From Candidatus Eiseniibacteriota bacterium (GTDB lineage: Bacteria; Eisenbacteria; RBG-16-71-46; JABDJR01): DNA of 64,000 nt. Below, in pieces: positions 9,178 through 20,704 of the stretch. The DNA is taken from contig CAVXKA010000002.1 of assembly GCA_963762255.1 (NCBI GenBank), positions 128,001 to 192,000 of the forward strand, written 5' to 3'. Within the stretch, counting starts at the first letter, position 1; each line of letters begins with the position of its first letter. The notes beneath the pieces are model-generated. The model saw only the letters and a list, made by a program, of their open reading frames with translations. It had not been told where the DNA came from and did not search any database. The position numbers and the translations under genes were made by a program.

Positions 9178-9816
9178 TTGGGCTTCACTCTCGAACCGCT
9201 GGCGATACCGCCTCTCCTTTTTGCGCTCTGTTTCCACGAGTACAGCCACGCGCTGACCGCGAACCGCCTCGGCGATCCCACCGCCGCCGCCATGGGACGT
9301 CTCACGCTGAACCCGCTGCGTCACCTGGATCCGATGGGGACCTTGCTGCTGTTCTTCGCAGGGTTCGGGTGGGCTCGTCCGGTTCCGGTGAATCCCTTGA
9401 ACCTGCGCAACCCGCGGCGCGACATGCTCTGGATCGCCGCCGCGGGGCCGGGCTCCAATCTGGCCCTGGCGCTTCTCTCCGGCCTTCTCCTGCGCGCGGT
9501 CGTCCCCATGATGGGGGGCACATCGAGCTTGGCCGGCGCCGCGGCTTCGATGCTGGTCTACTCGCTCCAGATCAACCTGGTCCTGGCGGTCTTCAACCTG
9601 ATTCCGCTCCCGCCGCTGGACGGTTCCTCGGTGCTGAAGGGCCTGCTTCCCCTGGCGCAGGTCCACGCATGGTCGCGGATCGAGTCGGTCGGCCCGATCC
9701 TCCTGCTCGTGCTCGTGGGCTCGCGGTTCATCCTCGGGTTCAGCCTGCTCAGCCTCATCATCGGTCCGCCGATTCGCGTGCTCTCTTCCCTGTTCACGTT
9801 CGGGCTCCTGGGATGA
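9178..9816 (+). CDS. Site-2 protease (M50 family)
   Basis: HEYSH, AGPGSN and [11 protein letters not shown] motifs; hydrophobic throughout. Confidence 0.93.
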   Translation: MGFTLEPLAIPPLLFALCFHEYSHALTANRLGDPTAAAMGRLTLNPLRHLDPMGTLLLFFAGFGWARPVPVNPLNLRNPRRDMLWIAAAGPGSNLALALLSGLLLRAVVPMMGGTSSLAGAAASMLVYSLQINLVLAVFNLIPLPPLDGSSVLKGLLPLAQVHAWSRIESVGPILLLVLVGSRFILGFSLLSLIIGPPIRVLSSLFTFGLLG

Positions 9817-9837
9817 CGCCGGCGCGGGGAGGCCATC

Positions 9838-10830
9838 GTGGCGCACGATACTGATCCGACCATCCCCCCCGAGGATTCGCAGGAGGAGCGCCCCGAACCG
9901 ATCTACGCCAAGGGGCCGGCGCTGCGGGTGCCGCGCGAGGATGTGCAGCTCACTTTTCTCGATGCCGCCGCCACACGCCCCTCGGCGCCCGCCGGGCCCG
10001 ACGAGGTGGACGGCGAGGAGCCGGAGTTCCTGAGCACCACGCCGCTGGGCGTGCGCATCCCGGTCTTTGAGGGGCCGCTCGATCTGCTGCTCTACCTGAT
10101 CCGCCGCGATCAGCTCGACATCTACGACATCCCCCTTGGGCACATCACCGCGCAGTACCTGGAGATGCTCGGCGTCATGCAGGTGCTGGATCTGGAGGTG
10201 GCGGGGGAGTTCCTGGTGATGGCCGCGACGCTCATGCGCGTCAAGGCCCGCATGCTCCTTCCCACGTGGCCGGAAGGGGAGGAGGATGAGGAGGACCCGC
10301 GGGCTGAGCTCGTGCGCCAGCTCCTCGAGTACCGCCAGTTTCGCGAGGCTGCGCGCCTTCTGAAGGGGCGCGAGGAGGAACGCCGCCACTGGTACGGACG
10401 CGGTTTCATCCCCATCTTCGAGGGGGAGCTTCCCGCGGAACTGGAGCCGGTATCGCACTTCGCCCTCATCGAGGTGATGAAGGATGTGCTGGCCCGGGCG
10501 GGGGAGCAGTTCTTCTACGAGGTCACCCTCGAGGACGTCACCGTCGAGGAGAAGATCTTGCTCGTGCAGGGTGAACTCGCGGCGCATGGGCGCGCGCTTT
10601 TCCTGGACCTTTTCGCCCGGTTTCCCCGGCGACTGCACGTCGTGGTGACCTTCATGGCGCTTCTCGAGATGGCCCGTCAGGGGGCCATCGTCATCGCGCA
10701 AGAGAGTAACTTCGGACAGATCTGGATCTACCCGGTGCTGGAGGGGCGGGTCGTGCTTCCGGAAGTGGGGAGCGCCGAGGCCCCGGGCGCCGTGCCCCCG
10801 CCGGCGGAGGACGTGGATGGAAACGCTTGA
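9838..10830 (+). CDS. scpA: Segregation and condensation protein A
   Basis: FEGPLDLLLYLI, ITAQYL, AGEFLVMAATL, VVTFMALLE. Confidence 0.95.
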   Translation: MAHDTDPTIPPEDSQEERPEPIYAKGPALRVPREDVQLTFLDAAATRPSAPAGPDEVDGEEPEFLSTTPLGVRIPVFEGPLDLLLYLIRRDQLDIYDIPLGHITAQYLEMLGVMQVLDLEVAGEFLVMAATLMRVKARMLLPTWPEGEEDEEDPRAELVRQLLEYRQFREAARLLKGREEERRHWYGRGFIPIFEGELPAELEPVSHFALIEVMKDVLARAGEQFFYEVTLEDVTVEEKILLVQGELAAHGRALFLDLFARFPRRLHVVVTFMALLEMARQGAIVIAQESNFGQIWIYPVLEGRVVLPEVGSAEAPGAVPPPAEDVDGNA

Positions 10831-11665
10831 TCTGACCCCGCTCCTGGAGGCGCTGCTCTTCGTCTCCGACCAGCCGGTCACCGTCGCCGCCCTGGTGAAG
10901 ACCGTGGACGACGAAACCGTGACCGCGGCCGAGGTGCGAGCCGCGCTCGACGCGCTGGCCGAGGCCTACGAATCCGAGAACCGCGGATTCCATCTGGCCC
11001 GTCTCGGTAGCGGCTACCAGGTGGTGACCCGGGAGCGATACGCCCCGTGGATCGAGTCGTTCCTCGCCGGGAGGCGCAAGGCACGGCTCTCGCGCGCGGC
11101 GCTGGAGACGGTGGCGGTCGTCGCCTACAAGCAGCCGATCACGCGTGGCGACATCGAGCGCATTCGCGGCGTGGACATCGGCGCGGTGCTCACCACGCTG
11201 CTCGAGCGGAACCTCATCCTGATCAAGGGTCGGGATCCCGGTCCCGGCCGGCCGCTGCTCTACGGCACGACCCAGGGGTTCCTCGACTATTTCGGCCTGT
11301 CCCGGCTCACCGATCTCCCGCGCCTCGACGAGATCGCGGCGCTGGCCAAGGCGGAGGCCCCCGCGATGTGGGGCGACGACGAGATCGCGCGGTTCGAGAA
11401 GCACGGAGTGGACGCCGCCGCGGTGCCCTTCCCCGACATGGAGCCGGCGGGGGAGGATGCGGCCCCCGAGATCGGCGAGCAGCGCGACGAGGAGCTGGCC
11501 GAGTTCCAGGACGTGGTGACTTCGTTCAGCGTGCACGCCCTCGACGAACCCGGAGCCGCCGCCGACTCGGTCGACGCCGGAGCGGAACTCGATTCACCGG
11601 ACGCGGACGAAGATCTCGACGACGACGACCCGCGCGAGGATCTGAACACCTCGATCGAGCCCTGA
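10817..11665 (+). CDS. scpB: Segregation and condensation protein B
   Basis: LEALLF, LSRAALETVAVVAYKQPITRGDIERIRGV, GRPLLYGTT; acidic tail; overlaps scpA. Confidence 0.96.
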   Translation: METLDLTPLLEALLFVSDQPVTVAALVKTVDDETVTAAEVRAALDALAEAYESENRGFHLARLGSGYQVVTRERYAPWIESFLAGRRKARLSRAALETVAVVAYKQPITRGDIERIRGVDIGAVLTTLLERNLILIKGRDPGPGRPLLYGTTQGFLDYFGLSRLTDLPRLDEIAALAKAEAPAMWGDDEIARFEKHGVDAAAVPFPDMEPAGEDAAPEIGEQRDEELAEFQDVVTSFSVHALDEPGAAADSVDAGAELDSPDADEDLDDDDPREDLNTSIEP

Positions 11666-11689
11666 CCGCGGCGCGGACCGCGACCGCCG

Positions 11690-13468
11690 TCACAGCATGC
11701 GGAATCCCTCGTCCTCGTTGCCGAGGATCCACGCCACCACGTTGCCGATCTCGATGCGGTCGGAGACGTAGGTGGCCCGTGAGACGCGGGAGGTGGCCCA
11801 CCCCGCTCCCTCGGCGCGCGAACGACTTTCCTGCATGCGCGCAAAGGTATCGAGCCACCAGGCGATATGCGTGGGACGCAGGTCGATCCAGGTCTTCACG
11901 TACTCGTCGATCTTCTCCGGGGTGATCTCGATCGTGCTCCTGAACTTCCGGTACGGCGGAGCATTGATCACCGGCCCGCGCAGAAGTGTTTCGCCGTCGG
12001 GGCAGAGGATCGGGATCCCCACCGAGGCGGCGAGGCTCGCGAGGAGCGGTTCCGCCTCGAGCAGGGCGAAAAGCTCCCGGCTTACCGCTTCGGCGGCCCC
12101 CTTGGTTCCGCGCCGCGAGACGACCTTGTCGATGGATCCGTAGACCCGGTCGAAGAGATACGCTTCGAAGAGGTGCTTCGCGAGGCCGGGAGGTCCAAGA
12201 CGCGCCAGCGCGATGGACGGCACTCCGTGCTCCTTCTCCAACTCTTCGAGAATGGTCAGCGCCGCTCCCCGCAGGAGCCCCGCCTTGTACGTCGACCCGA
12301 GCACCGACGAGTCGATCGCGCTCACCACGTCGCGACCGGTGCCGACCCCCTCGACCTCGAGCAACACGATGTCGGCGATCTCCTCGGGGGTGATGTACTC
12401 CATCTGGTCGAGCGACGTGATGGCCTCGAACTCACCGCGGGTGAAGAGACCGTTCTCTCCGGTATCCACGAGGGGCACCCGGAACTCCGACGAGCCGTCG
12501 GGGAGGGCGAGGGGCTCGTACCCGGTGGGATCGGGGGTGAGGTCGAGTGCCTTCCCCAGATCGACGCGCCGCGCGTGATACAGAATGTACGGCTCGCTCC
12601 CTTCCGCCTGCTCGTAGGCCACGCGTCCGCCTTCCTCCACGCGGTGAAACTGCTTGCCCACCGCCGTGCGGAAGTCCACGCCGCGATATCCGATGAGCGC
12701 GGCGGGCTTCAATTCCTTGATGATCGGGCCACCGGGGGTGCGGGCCATGAGGAAGAGCATGCCGGTCTGCGCGAAGGCGATGGCGTTCTTGTTGAGGAGC
12801 TGCGGACTCGGCCGCTCCTCGCCGTGGGTGTAGGGGATGTTGAGCCCCATGCCGCCGGTGCCGGTGGTCCCGACCTTGAGATAGAGCCGGGCACCCACCT
12901 CGACGAGCGCGCGGTTGAGGATGCGCACGTGGAGGATGAGCTGAGGGATGGAGATGGAGACCATGAGCTTCTCCACGCTCTCCTTCAGTTGATCCCAGGA
13001 CGCGGGTCCCTCGTTCAGACTCGATTCCACCGCCTGGCAGGACGTGAACACGTCCTGATAGGAGATGCCGGTGGCCGTGTTCACGCAGTCCACGACCACG
13101 TCGGGCTTTTCGGCCAGGATGAGGCGCGACAGGAAGGACTCCCGGTACGCGGAGTCGAAGTCGCGATAGGTGTCCTGAAAGAGACGCCGGCGCAGCGAGG
13201 GATCGCGGCGATGGGGCTGCGGGCGCTCGGCGTGTTCCGCCGGCGAAGGCTCGCCGGGAAGGAACATGTCGCCGTAGTACCCCTTCCACGTGTGTTTGGG
13301 GAAATCGCGTCGCAGATCCTCCACCGCCGTGCGCGTTTCCTCGCGGAAGCGCGCGGCGATGACAAACTCCCGAATGTCGGTCCGGCCCGCAAGCTTTCGC
13401 GCGACCTGATAGCCAACCAGTCCGCTCCCGCCGAGGATCACCGCCTTCTTATCACCCTGACCCATCAT
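11690..13468 (-). CDS. Uncharacterised NAD(P)-binding Rossmann-fold (SDR-like) protein, about 590 aa
   Basis: N-terminal VILGGSGLVG; DVVVDCVNTATG; YLKVGTTGTGGMGLNIPYTH; AGGAAGGAG upstream of the ATG. Confidence 0.75.
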   Translation of the reverse strand: MMGQGDKKAVILGGSGLVGYQVARKLAGRTDIREFVIAARFREETRTAVEDLRRDFPKHTWKGYYGDMFLPGEPSPAEHAERPQPHRRDPSLRRRLFQDTYRDFDSAYRESFLSRLILAEKPDVVVDCVNTATGISYQDVFTSCQAVESSLNEGPASWDQLKESVEKLMVSISIPQLILHVRILNRALVEVGARLYLKVGTTGTGGMGLNIPYTHGEERPSPQLLNKNAIAFAQTGMLFLMARTPGGPIIKELKPAALIGYRGVDFRTAVGKQFHRVEEGGRVAYEQAEGSEPYILYHARRVDLGKALDLTPDPTGYEPLALPDGSSEFRVPLVDTGENGLFTRGEFEAITSLDQMEYITPEEIADIVLLEVEGVGTGRDVVSAIDSSVLGSTYKAGLLRGAALTILEELEKEHGVPSIALARLGPPGLAKHLFEAYLFDRVYGSIDKVVSRRGTKGAAEAVSRELFALLEAEPLLASLAASVGIPILCPDGETLLRGPVINAPPYRKFRSTIEITPEKIDEYVKTWIDLRPTHIAWWLDTFARMQESRSRAEGAGWATSRVSRATYVSDRIEIGNVVAWILGNEDEGFRML

Positions 13469-13643
13469 CCTGCTCCTTCCTCGCCGCGCGAAGAGCGCCT
13501 CATCGCCGGATCGCGGGGGCGGGATAAACCGCCCGCATTGTACCGACGCGGCGCGCGCGGAGCGAGCCCCTTGAGCACGAACGTGCCGGCGGATACACTC
13601 GCACGGTTTAGCCCATATCTTCCGAGAGACGGGGTTTTCGTTC

Positions 13644-14921
13644 ATGCATGCCCGCAACGCCGCCAACAGGCTCCGCTGGAAGCCCCGGCTCCCCGGCGAC
13701 AAGTCGATCACGCACCGGGCCTACCTTCTCGGCGCTCTCGCCGAGGGGACGACAGTGGTCGATCGTCCCAACGAGGGGGAGGATTGTCGGGCCACGCTTC
13801 GTGCGCTGGAGTCGCTCGGCGTGCGCGTGGAGCGGAGCGAAGCGCGCGTTCGCGTGGGTGGGTGCGAAGGCCGCCTGCGGGCGCCGGGCACACCCCTCGA
13901 TCTCGGCAACTCCGGAACCGGATTGCGGCTCTTGCTGGGAGTGCTCGCCGGACAGCGGTTCACGACCCTTCTCACCGGGGACGCATCGCTCCAACGCCGA
14001 CCGGTGGAACGCGTGCTCGCTCCGCTGCGAAGCATGGGGGCGCGCGCCGAGGCCCCCGGAGACCATCCGCCTGTGACGCTCACCGGCGCTGCTCTCACCG
14101 GCATCGCGCATCGCCTCGCCACGCCCAGCGCCCAGGTCAAGTCGGCGCTCCTTCTCGCCGGAATCCAGGCGAGCGGACGCACGCGCCTCGAAGGGATCGC
14201 CGGCTCGCGGGACCACACCGAGCGGCTCCTTCCCGCGTTCGGGTGTCCGGTTGTCTTGGCGCCGGACGCGATCGAGGTGGAGGGGCCCTGCGCGCTCCGC
14301 TCCGCCGATGTTCGGATCCCCGCCGACCCCTCGGCGGTGACCTTCTATTTGCTGGCTGCCGCGCTCCTGCCGGGTAGTGAAGTGACGCTTGAAGGGGTGA
14401 GCCTCAACCCCACACGAATCAGTCACTTCGACATCTTTCGCCGGATGGGTCTCGCCCTCGACGTGACGCCGGAATCGGAGCCGGGACCGGAGCCTCGGGG
14501 GCGGATCGTGGCTCGGGGAGGAGAGCTGCGCGGCGTGGAGATTGGTCCCTTGGAAGTCGCCGGCCTCATCGACGAGCTTCCCGCCATCGCCGTTCTCGCC
14601 GCCTTCGCCCGCGGCACGACGCGAGTCACCGGCGCGGCCGAGCTTCGGGTGAAGGAATCGGATCGCCTGAGCACCGTGGCGGCGGGCCTGGCGGCGATCG
14701 GAGGGCGGGTTACCGCTCTGGCCGATGGGTGGCTCATCGAAGGGAGCGCGGGAGCGCCTCTGCCGGGCGGCGTGGTGGAGACGCAGGGCGATCATCGAGT
14801 GGCCATGGCGTTCCTGATGGCGGGGCTCGCCACCCGGGGCGGCGTCCGTCTCGCCGGAGCGCCCATGATCGAGACCTCGGATCCGTTTTTTCTCTCCAAC
14901 CTCAAGGCTCTTCGGCCCTAG
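13644..14921 (+). CDS. aroA: 3-phosphoshikimate 1-carboxyvinyltransferase
   Basis: PGDKSITHRA, GNSGTGLR, SAQVKSA, RDHTER, RVKESDR, DHRVAM. Confidence 0.96.
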   Translation: MHARNAANRLRWKPRLPGDKSITHRAYLLGALAEGTTVVDRPNEGEDCRATLRALESLGVRVERSEARVRVGGCEGRLRAPGTPLDLGNSGTGLRLLLGVLAGQRFTTLLTGDASLQRRPVERVLAPLRSMGARAEAPGDHPPVTLTGAALTGIAHRLATPSAQVKSALLLAGIQASGRTRLEGIAGSRDHTERLLPAFGCPVVLAPDAIEVEGPCALRSADVRIPADPSAVTFYLLAAALLPGSEVTLEGVSLNPTRISHFDIFRRMGLALDVTPESEPGPEPRGRIVARGGELRGVEIGPLEVAGLIDELPAIAVLAAFARGTTRVTGAAELRVKESDRLSTVAAGLAAIGGRVTALADGWLIEGSAGAPLPGGVVETQGDHRVAMAFLMAGLATRGGVRLAGAPMIETSDPFFLSNLKALRP

Positions 14922-14922
14922 C

Positions 14923-15642
14923 ATGAAGCGCATGAAAACCACCCCGCGATCCCTCGCCCGCATGCGCATCGCCATCGACGGCCCCGCCGGAGTCGGGAAG
15001 ACGACCACCGCGCGGGCGCTGGCCGACGCCTTCGGCCTCCTCTACGTGGACACCGGAGCCATGTACCGCGCGTTGGCGGTCCGTGCTGCAGCTGTGGGCG
15101 TTTCGGTGGACGACGCCGAGGCCTCGACGGCGCTCGCGCGGCGCATGCGCGTCTCACTCGACCGTGAACCCGGCGGTGGCTTGCGCGTCCGCGTCGACGG
15201 CGAGGACCTCACCGAGGCCATCCGTAGCCCGGCGGCTTCGGATGGGGCGAGCCGCATCTCCGTACACCCCGACGTCCGACACGAGTTGGTGCTCTGGCAG
15301 CGCGAGATGGCCGAGCGCAGCGGCGTCGTCATGGAGGGGAGGGACATCGGAACGGTGGTTCTCCCGGAGGCCGAGGCCAAGATCTTCCTGACCGCGTCCG
15401 CCGAGGAGCGGGCCCGGCGCCGCCACCGGGAGCTGGTGGCCCGGGGAGAGAACCCGGCCTTCGAGGCGGTGCTGCGGGACATCCGGGAGCGCGACGCCCG
15501 GGACCAGGGGCGGGAGGCCTCGCCGTTGCGTCCCGCCCCTGACGCGATTGTGATAGACTGTAGCGCCCTTGACGCCCCGTCCCAGGTGGCCGCGGTCCGC
15601 CGCGTGGTGGAAGCGTGGGTCGCCATGTCCGATAGACCCTAA
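14923..15642 (+). CDS. cmk: Cytidylate kinase
   Basis: IAIDGPAGVGKTT, YVDTGAMYRA, VMEGRDIGTVV. The true start may be 14962. Confidence 0.96.
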   Translation: MKRMKTTPRSLARMRIAIDGPAGVGKTTTARALADAFGLLYVDTGAMYRALAVRAAAVGVSVDDAEASTALARRMRVSLDREPGGGLRVRVDGEDLTEAIRSPAASDGASRISVHPDVRHELVLWQREMAERSGVVMEGRDIGTVVLPEAEAKIFLTASAEERARRRHRELVARGENPAFEAVLRDIRERDARDQGREASPLRPAPDAIVIDCSALDAPSQVAAVRRVVEAWVAMSDRP

Positions 15643-15750
15643 CCCCCGGCAAGCCGGTGCACCGAGCGAATGCTCGGCGCGGGCGCGGCCGGACCGTGGA
15701 AGGCCGCAGAGCGCGGCTCTCCCTGGAATCATAAAGGAAGCCCAACCACC

Positions 15751-17604
<1,854 letters not shown>

Positions 17605-17618
17605 GAGACATCCGCGGC

Positions 17619-18974
17619 ATGAACAGAATGCCGCACGCGATCGCGGAGGCGACCCGCCCGGTGCGGGTCGCCTTCCGCACATTCGGGTGCAAACTCAACC
17701 TCTACGAATCCTCGGGCATGGCTCAGGCCGCGGCCCGGAGCGGCTATCGCATCACCGAGGAGTTGGACGACGCCGACGTGGTGGTCGTGAACACCTGCTC
17801 GGTGACGGCGCGTGCCGACCAGGAGGCGCGCCAGTTCCTGCGGGCCATGCACCGTCGTCGCCCCGGCGCCCGGCTGGTGGTGACCGGCTGCTACGCGCAG
17901 CGCGCGGCCCAGGAGCTGGCCGCGATCCCCGGCGTGGCCCTGGTCGCCGGCCACGGCGAGAAGGATGACCTGCACGAGCTTCTCGGCGCGCTACCCGCTG
18001 CCGGTGAGCCTTCCCGCATCGCGGTGAGCCCGCTCTCGGGCAAGACGATGACGCGGCTGCGAGCGGTGGGGGTGGAGGGGCGCACCCGGGCGCTGGTGCG
18101 CGTGCAGGACGGCTGCGACTCGGCATGCACCTACTGCATCGTCCCTCGCACGCGCGGTGCCTCGCGGAGTCTCTCCCTGGAGGAATCGATCGAGGAGGCC
18201 CGGCGCCTGCTCGCCGCCGGCTACCGGGAACTCGTGGTCACCGGCACGCACCTCGGTCAGTTCGGGACCGATCTGTCGCCGCGCCGCTCGCTCGCCGACC
18301 TCGTCGAGGCGCTCATCGCCCTGCCCGCCCCGCACTTCTTCAGGATCCGGCTCTCGTCGATCGAACCTCAGGAGATCGACGCCCGTCTCATCGAGATGCT
18401 GGCGGGCTCGCCCGCGCTGGCGCCGCACCTTCACCTGCCGCTGCAATCCGGGAGCGACGACTTGCTCCGCGCCATGCGCCGCTCCTACCGCACGCCGGCG
18501 TACCGCCGGCAGGTGCAGGCGGTGACGTCCCGCGTCGCCCCGTTGGCCTTGGGCGCGGATCTCATCGTGGGTTTCCCCGGAGAGACCGAGGCCGACTTCC
18601 GGCGCACCCTGGAATTCCTGAACGAGCTTCCGTTCACGCACCTCCACCCCTTCACCTTCTCGCCCCGGCCAGGCACCCCCGCCGCAGTCCGGCCCGGCCG
18701 CCCTCCGGGGGACATCTCCGCCCGCCGGCTCGCCGCCGCCAACTCTCTGGTCGGCGAGAAGAACCGCGCCTTCCGGCGAGCGCTCCTCGGCCGCACCGCG
18801 CGAGTGCTGGTCGAAGAGACCGCTCCGGACGGCGTGAGCGAGGGTTTCAGCGAACACTACGTGCGCGTGCGTTTCCCGGCCCCGCGCGATCTCGCCGGGT
18901 TCTTCGCCGATGTGGCGCTTTCCGAGTTGACCGAGGACGGCCTCTCCGGTCACCTTATCGAGGCACTCCCTTGA
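17619..18974 (+). CDS. mtaB: tRNA t6A37 methylthiotransferase
   Basis: TFGCKLNLYES, NTCSVTARA, VVTGCYAQ, radical SAM CDSACTYC, LHPFTFSPRPGT. Confidence 0.88.
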   Translation: MNRMPHAIAEATRPVRVAFRTFGCKLNLYESSGMAQAAARSGYRITEELDDADVVVVNTCSVTARADQEARQFLRAMHRRRPGARLVVTGCYAQRAAQELAAIPGVALVAGHGEKDDLHELLGALPAAGEPSRIAVSPLSGKTMTRLRAVGVEGRTRALVRVQDGCDSACTYCIVPRTRGASRSLSLEESIEEARRLLAAGYRELVVTGTHLGQFGTDLSPRRSLADLVEALIALPAPHFFRIRLSSIEPQEIDARLIEMLAGSPALAPHLHLPLQSGSDDLLRAMRRSYRTPAYRRQVQAVTSRVAPLALGADLIVGFPGETEADFRRTLEFLNELPFTHLHPFTFSPRPGTPAAVRPGRPPGDISARRLAAANSLVGEKNRAFRRALLGRTARVLVEETAPDGVSEGFSEHYVRVRFPAPRDLAGFFADVALSELTEDGLSGHLIEALP

Positions 18975-18993
18975 GGCCCGGCCAAGGACCCCT

Positions 18994-20319
18994 ATGAACG
19001 CCTACCTCGAAACGTACGGCTGTCAGATGAACCTCAACGAATCCGACGTCCTCGGGCGGCGGCTCACTGAGGCGGGCTTCGTCATGGTGGCACGCCCGGA
19101 GGACGCCGAGGTCGTGCTGCTCAACACGTGCAGCATTCGGGAGCACGCCGAGCACAAGGTGGTGAGCCGGCTCGGCGTGTTGCGCAAGCTCAAGGACGAG
19201 GGCACCTGTCGTGTCCTGGGCGTCACCGGCTGCATGGCACAGCGCCTGGGGGGCGAGTTTCTGTCCCTCGCCCCGTTCCTCGACCTCGTCGTGGGCTCGG
19301 GGGCCTACCCGCGATTCCTCGACACCCTGCGCGCGCAGATGGACTCCGGCCGGCCGCAGGTGGACGTCGGCTACGCCCGCGACTTCGAAGCCGAGGATCT
19401 TCCGCAGCTCGAGCCCGGAGAGATCAAGACCTTCCTCAGCATCATCCGGGGCTGCGACAACGCCTGCCATTACTGCATCGTTCCCTTCACCCGCGGCCGG
19501 GAACGATCCAAGCCGATGGGGCAGATCCTGCGCGAGACCGAGTGGTGCGTGGAGCAGGGTGTCAAGGAGATCACGCTCCTCGGTCAGAACGTGAACCATT
19601 ACCGGGATGGGGAATTCGGGCTGGCCGAGTGCCTGCGTCTGGTGGCGCGGGTGGCCGGCCTGGAGCGGGTCCGCTACACCACGTCGCACCCCGGGTACAT
19701 GACCGACGACGTTCTCGTGGCCATGGCCGAGGAGGAGCGGGTGATGCCCCATCTGCACCTCCCCGTGCAGTCCGGCAGCGACCGGGTACTCGCCGCCATG
19801 AATCGCGAGTACACTGTCGCGCGGTACCGGGCGCTGGTGGATCGGGCTCGCGACCTGATGCCGGACATCGCCATCACGACCGACATCATCGCGGGCTACC
19901 CGGGCGAGACCGAGGAGGACTTCCGAGCCACGTATCGACTCATGGAGGACGTGCGCTTCGATTCCGCCTTCATGTTCAAGTACTCGCCGCGCCGGGGCAC
20001 GGTCGCCGCGGGAACGCCCGACGACGTGACCGGCCCGGAGAAACAGCGGCGCCTGGCCTCGATCATCGATCTGCAGCGCAAGATCACCCACGAGCGCTCG
20101 GTGCGCTTCGTGGGGCGGGAGGTCGAGGTTCTGGTGGACGGGATGAGCGGCCGCGGCGGCGGGGCGGTGACGGGCAAGACCCGTGAGTTCAAGAGCGCGG
20201 TGCTGCCGGGGGATCCTTCGTGGATCGGCACCCTGCGGCGCATGCGGGTGACCGAGGCGCGCGGGGTGACCCTCACCGGCGTGCCGGCGCGAACGGAGGC
20301 CGCGGTCCCCGCGGCGTAG
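18994..20319 (+). CDS. miaB: tRNA i6A37 methylthiotransferase
   Basis: ETYGCQMN, NTCSIREHAEHK, CDNACHYC, LLGQNVN, TTSHP, C-terminal TRAM domain. Confidence 0.95.
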   Translation: MNAYLETYGCQMNLNESDVLGRRLTEAGFVMVARPEDAEVVLLNTCSIREHAEHKVVSRLGVLRKLKDEGTCRVLGVTGCMAQRLGGEFLSLAPFLDLVVGSGAYPRFLDTLRAQMDSGRPQVDVGYARDFEAEDLPQLEPGEIKTFLSIIRGCDNACHYCIVPFTRGRERSKPMGQILRETEWCVEQGVKEITLLGQNVNHYRDGEFGLAECLRLVARVAGLERVRYTTSHPGYMTDDVLVAMAEEERVMPHLHLPVQSGSDRVLAAMNREYTVARYRALVDRARDLMPDIAITTDIIAGYPGETEEDFRATYRLMEDVRFDSAFMFKYSPRRGTVAAGTPDDVTGPEKQRRLASIIDLQRKITHERSVRFVGREVEVLVDGMSGRGGGAVTGKTREFKSAVLPGDPSWIGTLRRMRVTEARGVTLTGVPARTEAAVPAA

Positions 20320-20329
20320 GAGGCGGCAG

Positions 20330-20683
20330 ATGTGGTTCGTGAAGGCCCTGCTTGGGATTGTCTTGCTGGCGGCCGCGCTGTGGGTCGGCTATCTGAACAT
20401 CAATCAGGAAGTCAGCATCTACCTCACCGACCCCAACATCCCCAGCTTGCCCTCGGTGCCCCTGGCCATGGCGCTCTTGGGTGCGTTCATCCTCGGGATC
20501 CTCGTCTGGTTCGTGATCTCCTTCTACCAGGTCGTCTCGGCCAAGTCGGAAGTGGCGGCGCTCAAGCGCAAGAGCCGCCAGTTGAGCCGGGAGTTGACCG
20601 ACCTGCGGAACATGCCGGTCAAGGATCTCGATCCGGAGAGCCTGGTGACGGAGGGCGCGGATGAGGAAGGTCGCGGCCGCTAG
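20330..20683 (+). CDS. lapA: LapA-family lipopolysaccharide assembly protein
   Basis: Two TM segments, NxxxVxI motif and C-terminal coiled coil; immediately upstream of a LapB-like gene. Confidence 0.75.
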   Translation: MWFVKALLGIVLLAAALWVGYLNINQEVSIYLTDPNIPSLPSVPLAMALLGAFILGILVWFVISFYQVVSAKSEVAALKRKSRQLSRELTDLRNMPVKDLDPESLVTEGADEEGRGR

Positions 20684-20704
20684 GCGGCGGGGAGGCGTAT
20701 CGCG

